A DNA stretch of 64,000 nt from an uncultured Polyangiaceae bacterium (GTDB lineage Bacteria; Myxococcota_A; Polyangia; Polyangiales; Polyangiaceae): the NCBI GenBank assembly GCA_964648165.1, contig CAZYKT010000001.1:27258-91257 (forward strand), read 5' to 3'. Both the position numbers and the translations under genes were made by a program. Below the pieces are notes generated by a model. The model made no database searches and was not told where the DNA came from. It saw only the letters and a list, made by a program, of their open reading frames with translations. Below, one piece after another: positions 38,391-48,900 of the stretch (position 1 is the first letter of the stretch; every line of letters starts with the position of its first letter).

Positions 38391-38725
38391 GGCGTAGCCA
38401 ACCAGACGACCGAGAGGACCCCGCCGAGGTGGCAGCGAATTCCCAGCTTCGGGACCTGATGCGGCTGGCACTGGATGAAAACGCCACCCGGGCGCCCGAC
38501 GTCCTTCAGGGCGTACAGCGCAAACTCCGCGAACGAAGCGGGGGCAAGTTTTACGATGATCGCTGGAGCACGGCTCGACACCCACCGATCTCGACCTATC
38601 TCATCACCAGTCTCATCATGCTGGCCATCCTCCTATTGAGCTTGGTGGTCCTGTACCCGTTCGAGGGTCGCCCCGAACCGGTGCGCAGCACCCCCGCTCC
38701 CATCAACGTGCTGCCTCCTCCCTAG
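38387..38725 (+). CDS. Putative membrane-anchored anti-sigma factor
   Basis: Its ATG overlaps the sigma gene stop (ATGA). It has a ~70-aa cytoplasmic part, one TM helix (TYLITSLIMLAILLLSLVVLY) and a ~30-aa Pro-rich external tail. There is no HxxxCxxC zinc motif. The call rests on position and topology. Confidence 0.5.
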   Translation: MRRSQPDDREDPAEVAANSQLRDLMRLALDENATRAPDVLQGVQRKLRERSGGKFYDDRWSTARHPPISTYLITSLIMLAILLLSLVVLYPFEGRPEPVRSTPAPINVLPPP

Positions 38726-38750
38726 GCACGACTCGTCACGGACCTTTTGC

Positions 38751-39524
38751 CTACTCCACCCAGCGCGCCAGTATACAGGTGATGTTGTCAGGCCCCCCGT
38801 GGTCGTTGGCCGTGGCGATCAGCTGAGCAGCCGCCTGTTCTAGCCCCGGCGCCTCGTGAACAATCTGGAGGATCTCGGCATCGGTAACCGGCCCCGAAAG
38901 CCCGTCACTGCAAAGAAGCAGTAGATCCCCGGCGAAGGGCTGCTCGAACCGCGTGTCGACCTTCACCGTGTCCTTCATCCCCAGAGCTCGCACGATCACG
39001 TTCTTGTGGGGGAAGTTGGCGATCTCCTCGTCCGTCAACCGCTTCATCTTCCGGTAGTCATTGAGCAACGAATGGTCCTCGGTGAGCTGCTCGATATGAC
39101 CTTCACGGATCCGATAACACCGGCTGTCACCCACGTGGGCAACGAAGAAACCATCCTCGATGGCGAACACCGAGGCCACGGTGGTCCCCATGCCTCGCTG
39201 CTTCATGTTCTGCTGGGCCTGCTCGAAAATCCTCAAGTTGCACAGCTTGATCCCGGTTATCAACCGGTTCTCCTCGTACCCCTTGGAACGGTCCATCTTG
39301 TATGGCCAGGTCCGCTCGGGATCGTCGGCGGTCGCCACGAAGAACTCGTGCAGGGTATCGATGGCCATCTTGGAGGCCACCTCACCCGAGGCGTGTCCCC
39401 CCATCCCGTCGGCTACGATGTACAGACCATATTCCGGAAAAACGGCGAAACTATCCTCGTTGTGATTGCGCTTGCGACCGACATCAGTCTGACCAGCGAC
39501 CTCGATGCGAAGGGGACGAGCCAC
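38751..39524 (-). CDS. PP2C-family Ser/Thr protein phosphatase
   Basis: GQTDVGRKRNHNEDSF, IVADGMGGHASGEVAS, VGDSRCY, LLCSDGLS and DNITCIL. GTG start. Confidence 0.9.
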   Translation of the reverse strand: MARPLRIEVAGQTDVGRKRNHNEDSFAVFPEYGLYIVADGMGGHASGEVASKMAIDTLHEFFVATADDPERTWPYKMDRSKGYEENRLITGIKLCNLRIFEQAQQNMKQRGMGTTVASVFAIEDGFFVAHVGDSRCYRIREGHIEQLTEDHSLLNDYRKMKRLTDEEIANFPHKNVIVRALGMKDTVKVDTRFEQPFAGDLLLLCSDGLSGPVTDAEILQIVHEAPGLEQAAAQLIATANDHGGPDNITCILARWVE

Positions 39525-39706
39525 GGAGCGTCTTTTACCGTTGTGGGGCAGGTGCCCTCGATGGGCATCGCACAGTCTCCTTCCCGCTGATGACGCTTGT
39601 CAATTGTGTGCGGGAACGCCCGAGGATTTGGCCCGTCGGCCCAGGACCAAAGCGCACCCCTTTCGGGTAGCAAACCCCGCGGCGGCGGTCGCGTCACCGC
39701 TCGATC

Positions 39707-40771
39707 CTAGTAGCCTAGGTCGTTCCTGCTGCCCTGAGGGGGACGGGACTGAGTGGGCGCGGGCGGTGGAACACCCAGCGTCACCGCGACTTCCTGGTAC
39801 CGGCCATCGGCGAGCAGAAACAGGGTCACCCGATCATGGGCGCGGTGTCGACCCAGGAGTTCGGCCAAGTCCTCCGGCGAGCCCAGGCTCATCCCGTCCA
39901 GGGCCAGAAGGATGTGTCCACGCTTGCCCGCGCGAAGGCCCAGGGCGGATGCCGGACTCCCCGGTTCGATTTCCATCACCCGCACGCCGCGGACGTCGGT
40001 CTGGCCGAGGGTTTCCACGCGGATCCCCAACCACGGCATGGGCGATGGGCTCGTCGCGGGGACCTCCCGCAGGAAGCGTTTGATTTCGCTGGCGGGAACG
40101 GCGCAGGTCACCGCCCGACAGTGCGTTGCCGTCGCCGGATCACAAGCGGAAACCAGGATGGCCGCCACGTTGCCTGCAGCGTCGAGCACCGGTCCTCCCC
40201 AATCGACCGGCTTGAAGTCGAACTGGAAGGTGAACACCCCGTCCATCATCACCCCGTCAGTCCCGACCAGGATTTCCCTGTGTCCGGCGGGCAGAGAGAT
40301 GGTTGATCGCATTGCATTTCCCACCCGGCGCAGTGCGCTCAAGGTGCTGCCCGCCTCGGCCAGGCCGACCGAGGATGCCAGAAGCCCTGTCGTCCAGCGA
40401 GCGTGCTCGGGAGAGAGCAGCGCCAGTTCCCATGTGCGATCGGTGTGGGAAACCCTGACCTTGGCGGTCGAGCCGTCCGCGTAGCGAACCGTCAAGCCGA
40501 TCCCTCGCTCCAGGGGGGATAGGGAGGTCAGGATGCGTCCATCCCCGTTCAGGACGATTCCGAGCCCCACCATCCGATCGCGCAGCAAGACCTCGACCGT
40601 GCCCTTTACCGCATCGCGAGGATTCGACACGGGGACCGTCGAGATCCTTGCCGAATCGGCCCTACTCGGGGCTGGAGCCGCGACCGGGGTGGGCGGTGCA
40701 GCCAGTGCGGCTTGGGGAGCCGACGCACAGAGCACCGAGACCAGAGACCAGCGAATCTTGAGACTTCCCAT
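39707..40771 (-). CDS. HtrA/DegS-like trypsin-fold plus PDZ protein with a substituted catalytic triad (pseudoprotease)
   Basis: Signal peptide MGSLKIRWSLVSVLCASAPQAALA. By-eye alignment to HtrA blocks: GDGRILTSLSPL in place of dG.ilTNaHV (His to Ser), TWELALL in place of D.DlAlL (Asp to Glu), and KPVDWGGPVLD in place of GNSGGPl.n (Ser to Trp). The PDZ block is WLGIRVETLGQTDVRGVRVMEIEPGSPASALGLRAGKRGHILLALDG. Confidence 0.7.
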   Translation of the reverse strand: MGSLKIRWSLVSVLCASAPQAALAAPPTPVAAPAPSRADSARISTVPVSNPRDAVKGTVEVLLRDRMVGLGIVLNGDGRILTSLSPLERGIGLTVRYADGSTAKVRVSHTDRTWELALLSPEHARWTTGLLASSVGLAEAGSTLSALRRVGNAMRSTISLPAGHREILVGTDGVMMDGVFTFQFDFKPVDWGGPVLDAAGNVAAILVSACDPATATHCRAVTCAVPASEIKRFLREVPATSPSPMPWLGIRVETLGQTDVRGVRVMEIEPGSPASALGLRAGKRGHILLALDGMSLGSPEDLAELLGRHRAHDRVTLFLLADGRYQEVAVTLGVPPPAPTQSRPPQGSRNDLGY

Positions 40772-40894
40772 GAGCGTAACCCCAGGATACCGCCAAACCG
40801 ACCTGGTAGGGGGCCAAGACGGTACCAAGAGACGTCCGGGCAAGGGGCCAGAAGGCGCCTTCACCACGCCTCGGACCGACCGCGGACCGCGCAC

Positions 40895-41587
40895 TTACAG
40901 TCTGCGCTGGTAGCGCTGTACGCCCTCCGGCGTCGCGACCAACAGGATGTCCGCTCGATCCACGAACAACCCCGTCTCCACCACCCCGGGGATGGCGCGC
41001 AGGGCCCGATCGACGTCGGCGGGAACCTCGACGGGCCCGACGTGGACGTCGTAGGTGAAGTTCCCCGAGTCGGTTCGTCGCGGGACGCCGTCCTGTTCCC
41101 GACGTACGGCCCGTCCGATCCGCTCCAGGTGTCGGGCGGTTGCTGCATGGCCAAACGCGACCACCTCCACCGGCACGGGCCACTTCTCCCCCAACCGGCG
41201 ACTCAACTTCGAGCCCTGGATCAGGATGATGTTGGTGCGGGAGGATGCGTTGACGATTTTTTCGCGGAGCTGACAGGCGCCCCCACCCTTGATGAGTGCC
41301 AATTCAGGCGTTGCCTCGTCAGCTCCGTCGACTGTCACGTCGATGTCCCAGGGTCCCGCATCGTCCAGCAGCCTAATCCCCTGCTCGACCGCCAGCACCC
41401 GACTCTGTTCACTGGTTGGTACCCCCACGTACTTTGCACCATTACGAACGACCTCCGCCAGAGCACGGATGAACCGGCCTGCCGTTTTGCCCGTTCCCAG
41501 GCCGATGACCCCGGAGGGCGGCAACAAATCGAGCGCCAGCTTCACCGCATCCTGGATTTTCGCGCCGGTTGTCATTGGGTTGCTCAC
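40895..41587 (-). CDS. rpiA: Ribose-5-phosphate isomerase A
   Basis: VIGLGTGKTAGRFIRAL, VTVDGADE and KGGGACQLREKIV. The GTG start overlaps the aspartate kinase stop (GTGA). Confidence 0.88.
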   Translation of the reverse strand: MSNPMTTGAKIQDAVKLALDLLPPSGVIGLGTGKTAGRFIRALAEVVRNGAKYVGVPTSEQSRVLAVEQGIRLLDDAGPWDIDVTVDGADEATPELALIKGGGACQLREKIVNASSRTNIILIQGSKLSRRLGEKWPVPVEVVAFGHAATARHLERIGRAVRREQDGVPRRTDSGNFTYDVHVGPVEVPADVDRALRAIPGVVETGLFVDRADILLVATPEGVQRYQRRL

Positions 41588-42909
41588 GGGGTGACGAAGG
41601 CCGCGTAGATGGCGCGCACCGCTGGCTCGTAATCAGCCGGTGACACCCCGACAATGATGTTGAGCTCCGAGGCTCCCTGGTTGATGACCTGCACGTTGAC
41701 CCGCGCATCACGGAGGGCACAGAACAGCTTCGCGGCAATGCCGATGGAATGACTCATTCCCTCTCCCACCACGGCGATCAGCGCCAGGTCCTCCAGCGAT
41801 ACCCGATCGGGTCGCAGGATGCGCCGAATCTCCTCCAGCACCGTTTCGGCATTGTCACCCAGGGACTTGGAATCGACGATGACGTTGATCCCATCGATGC
41901 TCGAGGGACAGTGCTCGACGCTGATCTTCCGGTCGGCCATGATGCCCAAGAGGTGATAGGCGAAGCCCACCTCCTTGTTCATCAGACTCTTCTCCACGCC
42001 AATCATGGAGAAGCCTCGCTTGCCGGCAATGCCGGCGATCTCGGTGGCCTTGTACTCGGCAGGGCTCAGTTCCGATACGATCCGAGTGCCCGGATGGCTC
42101 GGCTCGAAGGTATTCTTGATGCAGATGGGTATCTTCGCTTCCAAGACCGGCAGGATGGCCTCATCGTGAAAGACTGCCGCGCCCATGTAGGATAGCTCGC
42201 GGATTTCGCGGTAGGTGACCTCCACCATGGGTCGGGGGTCCTTGACGATCCGTGGATCGGCCATCAGCAGTCCGGAAACGTCCGTCCAGTTCTCGTACAG
42301 GCACGCACCGGCCGCACGAGCGGCAATCGCACCACTGATGTCCGAGCCACCTCGCGAGAACGTCTTGATGTTGCCCTTGGCGTCGCGCCCGTAGAAACCG
42401 GGCATGACGTAGCGCCGCTTCGTATCGGCGAAACGCTGGGCAAGATCCGTGTAGGTCTGCGCCTCGATTCGCCCCGATGCCGAGATGACCACGACGTCGG
42501 CAGGGTCGACGAAATCCGCCTCCAGGTACTCGGCCATCAACAACCCGTTGAAATACTCCCCGCGCGAGGCCACGAAATCCCGCGTCACCCCGGCCAGCAG
42601 CTGCTCGCCGAAGCGATCCAGGACCTGGCCGATTCCCAGCCCCAGGCCCAGCTCCCTGGCGATTCCCAGATAGCGGTCCCGAATCTGTTGCAGCGCGGTT
42701 CCGAAGTCCGTCCCCACCGATGCCATGTCGTGACACAGGTACAAAAGATCCGTGATCTTTGCCTCGCCTGGGACCCGCTTGCCCGGAGCAGACGGAACCA
42801 CGATGGTCCGCCTCTCGTCCTCGTTCAGGATGGCGCGCACGCGACGAAACCCATCGGCTTGGGCCAGGCTTGTGCCACCGAACTTGCAAACAACGCGAGA
42901 CATGCTCAT
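41584..42909 (-). CDS. ask: Aspartate kinase
   Basis: MSMSRVVCKFGGTSLA, FSRGGSDISGA, and C-terminal ACT-like repeats (ALIAVVGEGM, VNVQVINQGASELNIIVGV). I moved the start to the ATG at 42909 because the upstream 37 codons are non-homologous. Confidence 0.9.
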   Translation of the reverse strand: MSMSRVVCKFGGTSLAQADGFRRVRAILNEDERRTIVVPSAPGKRVPGEAKITDLLYLCHDMASVGTDFGTALQQIRDRYLGIARELGLGLGIGQVLDRFGEQLLAGVTRDFVASRGEYFNGLLMAEYLEADFVDPADVVVISASGRIEAQTYTDLAQRFADTKRRYVMPGFYGRDAKGNIKTFSRGGSDISGAIAARAAGACLYENWTDVSGLLMADPRIVKDPRPMVEVTYREIRELSYMGAAVFHDEAILPVLEAKIPICIKNTFEPSHPGTRIVSELSPAEYKATEIAGIAGKRGFSMIGVEKSLMNKEVGFAYHLLGIMADRKISVEHCPSSIDGINVIVDSKSLGDNAETVLEEIRRILRPDRVSLEDLALIAVVGEGMSHSIGIAAKLFCALRDARVNVQVINQGASELNIIVGVSPADYEPAVRAIYAAFVTP

Positions 42910-43109
42910 CTCCTGGGGAATCGGGAGGCGGTCCGACGCAGCGACGACCAGCGGCCGGCCACATAGCAGCCGTGGAGTTTGACGCAACCGGGGGCAGAAA
43001 TCGCAGGGCTGCCGGACCAAGGAGCGCTGGTGTGGCTGGGCGCTGCCCGGGCTGGAATCGTCACCCGGGCCCTGCCCAACCCAGGGTTACGCGTGTAGAC
43101 TCCGGATCG

Positions 43110-45326
43110 ATGAAGCCGTACTGGTTCGTGTGGCTGGTCTTGGGATCCTGTTCGGTCGCCGCGTGCCAACGGCAGGGCCCCGTTGCCGCGACCCCTACCC
43201 AGGCCCCCAGCCTCCACATCACGCCCACCCCGATTCGGGCCGCGGAGTTCGCTGCGGCCGCACACAGCATCCTGTCCTCGGTCGATCCGAGCCAGAAGAG
43301 GCTAGAGTTGCTGGCGGGGATCGTGCGGTTTCAGTTTGCTCGAGCGGCTCGACTGTTGGCCGATGGTCAGCGAGACCTGGGACTGGCCGTGGTCAAGGGG
43401 GCGATCCAGTTGGTGCGTGCCGGGGAATCTCGTCCCGAGATGTGGCGGGGTTACCAGGTACCCCTTCTGGCCTTGGCGGAAGAGGCGGCGCGGGTGGGGG
43501 ACGAGGGGCAGGCCCAGGCTGCGTACTCCCAGCTGTTGTCGAGCCAGCCATCTGCAGCATTGGCCCAACAGACTCGGCAGCACCAAGAGGCCATCGACCG
43601 TTTCCTGAGTCAGACGGTTTCCACGAGCCCAGTGGAGGCGGCGGGCAGCGTGCAACGTGCCATCGCGCGTCGGTCCAGCTACGACCCCAGCGAAGCCAAT
43701 CTGCAGGCGGCGGGACAGGCGACGGCCCGCTGGATGCAGGTGGCGCTTCAGGCCAACGTCGGTGAGCAGATGAGGAGCGGGGCCTTCGACCGTGACGAGG
43801 CCATCGAAGCCTTTCGCGCCATTCGCTCAGGGGGAGCGACGCTGGCCGGGGTCTACCTGCGTCACGGTGCCCCTCTGGCCGCCATCGAAATGGTCGAGAA
43901 CTCGGACCTGGCGCGGATCGTCCCCTCCACCTTGTTGGAGCGCCTGGAGCGGGCTGGGGAACAGAACGATCCAGCGGCGTGGCTCGATCTGTTCCGTTTC
44001 TACCAATCGGCCACCCAGAGCGATGAACCGACCATTTCGGTGGACGTCCAGGTGGCAGACGGTGCCGCCTGGGGCAGTGCCCTGGAGCTGTACCGGAGCG
44101 CGCCCCAGGAGTTCGCGGCGGCGGGTCCGCTGTGTCTGTTGCTGCTGGACCGGGGAATGGCGGAGGTCATTCCCGCGGTGGTGCTGCCGACGTTGGACGG
44201 TGAGATCGGACCCGAGGAGCTGATCTGGTCGGCTTCACTCACTCAACGGGCGTTGATTGCCAGTGAATCAGTGGGAGGAATCGAGGCGGCACGTCGCGTC
44301 CTTCGGGCGTCGGAGCCCATGATCACCAGGCTGGACCGTCACCGTGACCGCGGGCGGTTGCGGATTGGAGCGGCCCGCTTGTACCAGGTCATGGCTCAAC
44401 TCGAGGCTCGCCACGGGAACCTGGAGCCAGCGGCCCTAGCTCTCAACGAGGCACTGCGCGTCGATCCGTCCATCGAGATCCTGGCCCGGCTGGTTCGGGT
44501 GGATCGGCAGCGCGGGCAGCTGCAGCGGGCGCTTGGTCATTTGGATCGACTGACATCCACGGCGCGGGAGACCAAGGATCTTTGGTCCTTGGCCGAAGCC
44601 CTGACCCTCCGCTACGAGATCGAGCAAGACCTCGGGGACCACGCCCAAGCCGAGCGGTCCCTGGCCGAGGCGCTCCGGCAGGTTCTGGTGGCGCGGGCGG
44701 CAGCGACTCCTGGGGAGAAACGTGCGCGCGCCGAGCGGTTGTTGGCCCGGATCCTGGAACTTTACCAGGACCAGGCGGGTGCGCGGCGGGCGGGCGAGCG
44801 AGCCTTCGAGGACTCTCGCTCCGACACCTGGCAGTTGACCTCCACGGTCCTGGACGTGGGGCGTCGTGCCTTGACCCAGAACGATCTTCAAACCGGGCGA
44901 CAGGCGGTGCGCTGGGCTCTCGACGGACAGCTGGCGGACGAGGACAAGATCTACGTTGCGCTGTGGCTGCGCATGGTGGAGCGTCAGCACCGGAGCCCCG
45001 GCGACGGGACGGTGGAGGAGGCGCTCGGCGATGCGGACGGGGCACCCGCCTGGCCCAGTCGGTTGAGGGCGTGGGCCCTTGGCCAGCTCTCGGACGATGA
45101 GCTTCTGCGCAGTGCGACGCGACCATCATCCCAGATCGAGGCGCGGTTTTATCGGGCTCTGGTTGCGCGTGCCGAGGGTGACGCCCAATCGGCGCACCGA
45201 CTCCTGGCCAGTGTCGCTGCCAGCTCGGGGATTGATTTGGTGGAGGTGATCGTGGCCCGGGATCTGTTGCGACAGGAGGCTCAACAACGGCCTTTTGCCC
45301 TGCCGGTCGGCGTGGTTCTTCCCTAA
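43110..45326 (+). CDS. Lipoprotein with an all-helical, TPR-like repeat body (unknown function)
   Basis: MKPYWFVWLVLGSCSVAAC (lipobox VAAC) starts at the ATG at 43110. The remainder is Ala/Leu/Arg-rich helical repeat (LEARHGNLEPAALALNEALRVDPS, LGDHAQAERSLAEALRQ). The long upstream part of ORF 42759.. overlaps the divergent ask gene and is discarded. Confidence 0.6.
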   Translation: MKPYWFVWLVLGSCSVAACQRQGPVAATPTQAPSLHITPTPIRAAEFAAAAHSILSSVDPSQKRLELLAGIVRFQFARAARLLADGQRDLGLAVVKGAIQLVRAGESRPEMWRGYQVPLLALAEEAARVGDEGQAQAAYSQLLSSQPSAALAQQTRQHQEAIDRFLSQTVSTSPVEAAGSVQRAIARRSSYDPSEANLQAAGQATARWMQVALQANVGEQMRSGAFDRDEAIEAFRAIRSGGATLAGVYLRHGAPLAAIEMVENSDLARIVPSTLLERLERAGEQNDPAAWLDLFRFYQSATQSDEPTISVDVQVADGAAWGSALELYRSAPQEFAAAGPLCLLLLDRGMAEVIPAVVLPTLDGEIGPEELIWSASLTQRALIASESVGGIEAARRVLRASEPMITRLDRHRDRGRLRIGAARLYQVMAQLEARHGNLEPAALALNEALRVDPSIEILARLVRVDRQRGQLQRALGHLDRLTSTARETKDLWSLAEALTLRYEIEQDLGDHAQAERSLAEALRQVLVARAAATPGEKRARAERLLARILELYQDQAGARRAGERAFEDSRSDTWQLTSTVLDVGRRALTQNDLQTGRQAVRWALDGQLADEDKIYVALWLRMVERQHRSPGDGTVEEALGDADGAPAWPSRLRAWALGQLSDDELLRSATRPSSQIEARFYRALVARAEGDAQSAHRLLASVAASSGIDLVEVIVARDLLRQEAQQRPFALPVGVVLP

Positions 45327-45329
45327 CCT

Positions 45330-45740
45330 TCAGGGATCGGGCTGTAGGATCCGGGCGGCGGTGTGCTCGCCGAGTTCCGCTGCCAGCAGGGCCCGAACCT
45401 GGTGCTGCTTCTCGCGCCGTTCCTCTTCACTCGAGTACTGGAACTCGATGCCCATACCGGCCGGATTGGCCGGGCTGGCTGATTCGGGTGGGTTGGCCCA
45501 GATGACCTTCCCCCTTAGCTTGAGGAGCTCCTTCAATCCAGGCACCTGCAGCGCGAAGACGAACTCCGTACCCACCGGCAAGGGGCGCGTGGTACCGATG
45601 AAGGTCCCGCCGGGCGAAATATTCCGGGTGTAGTCGGCCAGGAATGTGTTGACGCGCTTGTACTCGACACGCAGCTCGATCGGGGTCCGGTCGGAACCAC
45701 GGCGGTCCCTGTCGTCACTGTCAACCATCGTATCAGCCAC
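45330..45740 (-). CDS. PilZ-domain protein (c-di-GMP receptor type)
   Basis: RRGSDR (RxxxR) followed by DYTRNISPGGTF (D/N-x-S-x-x-G), then the beta-barrel remainder LRGKVIWANPP. Confidence 0.8.
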   Translation of the reverse strand: MADTMVDSDDRDRRGSDRTPIELRVEYKRVNTFLADYTRNISPGGTFIGTTRPLPVGTEFVFALQVPGLKELLKLRGKVIWANPPESASPANPAGMGIEFQYSSEEERREKQHQVRALLAAELGEHTAARILQPDP

Positions 45741-45974
45741 AATAGCCGCTTAGCTCACGCCGAGCCACGGGCGCAGCCGTGGCCGCCGCACGATCGCAGT
45801 CGCGGGGCGGCCCAGGGGCCGACAGAGGGTGGGTTTTCTTCGGCGGCTCGCTCGACAGCTCGACCTCTGCCAGGGGTTTGTTGGTTCGGCGCAGTGACGG
45901 TCCCTACCGACCCAGGTTGTGGCTACGATAGGGGCCCTTGGAGGCGCCTCTCGGCAAGGGGCGTGCCCCGGCAA

Positions 45975-48900
45975 ATGCCCGACGATATCTCGCCTCTGCC
46001 CAAGCGACTCGCCGATTTCGAAGTGATTCGGCGTCTCGGTGTGGGCGGCATGGCGGAGGTCTTCTTGGCCAAGAAGAAGGGCGCCGAAGGAACCTACAAG
46101 CTCTTGGTCGTCAAGCGTGTCTTGCCCCAGTACGGCCAATCCCGTCGCTTCCGCACCATGTTCGCCGAGGAAGCCATGCTGGCGACTCGGCTCAACCACC
46201 CCAACATCGTTCAGGTCTACGAGTTCCAGGACTATGGGGACGAGGGGCAGCTGTTGAGCATGGAGTATGTGGAGGGTCCTGACCTTCGCAAAGTCATCAG
46301 GGCCGCGCGCAGCAAGCGCTCCCGCTTGCCGCCCTATGTGGCGGCCTACCTCATCAGCGAGGTGGCCAAGGGGCTGCACTATGCCCACGAGCGCAAGGAC
46401 GAGCGGGGCAACCCCATGGAGATCGTCCACCGCGACGTCTCTCCGCAGAACATCCTACTGACCTTCGAGGGGGCGGTGAAGATCGCCGACTTCGGGATTG
46501 CGTCGGCCAATCTGTTTCGTCAGGAACCGGGCGTCTTGAAGGGCAAAACCGCCTACATGTCCCCCGAGCAGGCCCGTGCCGAAATGGTGGATCGACGGAC
46601 TGACATCTACTCTCTGGGGGTCGTGTTCCACGAGCTATTGACGGGTCGTCCCCTGCATGGGGCGGCGGAGGGTGCGGAGCTCCTGGAGGCGGTTCGTGCC
46701 GGTCAGGTCGAGCCCCCCAGCACCTTCGCTCGGGAAATCCCCAGCGAGCTGGAGACCATCGTGATGAAGGCGCTGGCGCGGAGTCGCGATGACCGGTTCG
46801 CCACGGCCCGCGATCTGGCGGCGGCCATCACCCGGGCGCTATTCCAGGCGCAGCAGCTGATCGACTCCCACGTTGTCGAGACGATCCTTTCACAGATCGT
46901 CAGCCGAGAACACACTTCGCCTGGATTCGTGGCGCCGGCTGACTCATTGCCAGGCCCTGACGATGGGTCACGGTCAGCGTCCCGCTCCGGAATGGGCTCG
47001 GCCCCCACCGGCGGTTCGGAGGCGGTGCTGGATTCCCCTCGGGCAATCGAGCAGGTGTCCAACCGTCCGCGTCGGGGCCGCCCCGAGCACGAGGTGCGGC
47101 ACGTGGCCGTGTTGTCCCTGCAGTTGCACGGCGTCGAGCAGCTGGCGGAGGCCGTCGGAGCCAACGAAGCAGCCCGCTTCGTGGAGCAGTTGCGCACGAC
47201 CCTGGGCGAGATTGCATACAAGCGTGGGGCTCGGCTGGCGTGGCACCAGGAACGTGCCGTCCTGGGCGACCATCTCATTCCGACCGGAGGCGCCACCGCG
47301 GTGGTGGGGCTCTTGGCCAATCCGGGCCGGGCCGCAGCCGATGCAGCCCGGCTGGCCTCGGATATCCACGAAGCGGTGCAAGGGGCCTGCGATGACATGC
47401 CAGTCGAGCTTCAGGCCAGCATCGGTATTGTCCGCGGCATTGCCACCGGGAAACGGGATCGGGCGGGACATCTGGTCAGTCACAGTATCCACGATCCCGC
47501 TTTGGACCTGGCACGCATGCTGGGCCAGCAGGCGCCAGCGGGTGGTACCTGGGTTGCCGGGGGTCTGTACCGCCTAGTGCGGCGCGATTTCATCTGGAGC
47601 GACGCGCCCACCATTGCGCTGGAGGGGCAGCGCGACCGACAGATGCCGGAGAACATGCGCATCTATGCCCTGGTACGGCCCCTGACTCGTGAGGAGAAGT
47701 TGCAGGACCCCGAGCTCGGCTCGGCGGGCGATCTGGTGGGTCGAGATGCCGAGCTCGGCGAGCTGCACGCTGCCTTTCACGCGGCGGTGTATGGAGCATC
47801 ACACCCGAACGGGCGAGTCGAGGCGAGGGTCGTGGCGGGCGAGATGGGTATTGGCAAGACCGCCCTGGTCAACGCTTTCGCCTTGGAACTTCCCGAGGGG
47901 ACGACCGTGGTTCGGGCCGAGTGCAACCCTGCGCGCACCGAGGTTCCCTTCACCCTGATCGGAGACTGGTTGCGCGATCTGGCCGGGCTTTCCCAGGAGA
48001 CCACTCGCGAGGTCGCCCAGGAGCGCCTCAGTGAGCTGATGTCGGGGTTCGATCTGGGAGAGAGTCGGGATAGCATCATCGATCGACTGGCAGCCATGCT
48101 GGGTGGCCAGATCGCTGCGGCGGTCGATGAGGGTGATGCGGCCCAGAATCGTCGACTCCTGGCTGCGGGCCTGCGCGCCTTCGTGGCCCGCAAGGCTATC
48201 GAGAACCCCGTGGTGATGATCGCCGAGAACCTGCAATGGACGGATCGCCCGAGTCTGGAGACCATTCAGGAGCTCATGCGCTGGAACGACGTCTGGCCGG
48301 TCCTGTTCGTGTTCGTGACGCGCTCCGGGGAGCGTGTGGCGCCCTTCGTGGACGGTCTGGTTCGGATCGAGCTCCGGGAACTCACGCCGGAACAGCAGGT
48401 GACCCTGTTGAAGATGCGCCTGGGTGCAGCCCGAGGTGTGGAGCCGATTTGCGCGGACCTTTCCCCCCGCATCGGGGGCAATCCGTTCTTCCTTTTGGAG
48501 CTGGTCGACTCCCTGCTGGAGAGAGGCGCCCTGGAGCTTCGAGAGGGATCGGATCGCGGCTTGGAGCTGTGCCGGGCCGAAGGAACCGAAGGGCTGGCTC
48601 AGTCGCTGCCCTCGACGCTGGAGCAACTGGTTGCGGACCGGCTTGACGAGTTGCCCAGCGAGGAGCAGCTGGTCGTCGAGTGGCTGGCGGTTGCGGGGGG
48701 GCCGATGGCCGGTTCCGATCTTCGGGCCCTGGTTGGTAGTCTTGCGGAGGATGCGATAACCAGGCTGTGCGCTCGAGGTGTGTGCGACATTCGCCAGGAC
48801 ATCGTAGACGTGCGTCACCCCGTGACGCGGGACGTCGCCTATTCCTGCCTGGATGCTCGGGCGAAACGGGATCTGCACAACCGCCTGGGGGAGCACCTGG

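Noticed and set aside
39413-39570. A short minus-strand ORF (MPIEGTCPTTVKDAPW...) with a strong AAGGAG-N8-ATG, upstream of and overlapping the PP2C gene in another frame
   Set aside because: The phosphatase frame has textbook PP2C motifs from its GTG at 39524. The upstream ORF has no recognisable features. It could be a uORF, but the evidence is a single SD-like hexamer.
37584-40771. A genomic island integrated at tRNA-Gln
   Set aside because: There is no integrase, no direct repeat of the tRNA 3' end that I could find, and no compositional break visible by eye. The downstream genes are ordinary regulatory genes.
42759-43109. N-terminal 117 codons of ORF 42759..45326. The same applies to upstream extensions of ORFs 3237..4373, 41584..43020, 50552..52939, 39707..40894, 18658..19767 and 55119..58268.
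   Set aside because: These extensions precede clear signal peptides or conserved N-terminal motifs, overlap neighbouring genes or promoters, and are Arg/Pro-rich. Internal starts fit better.
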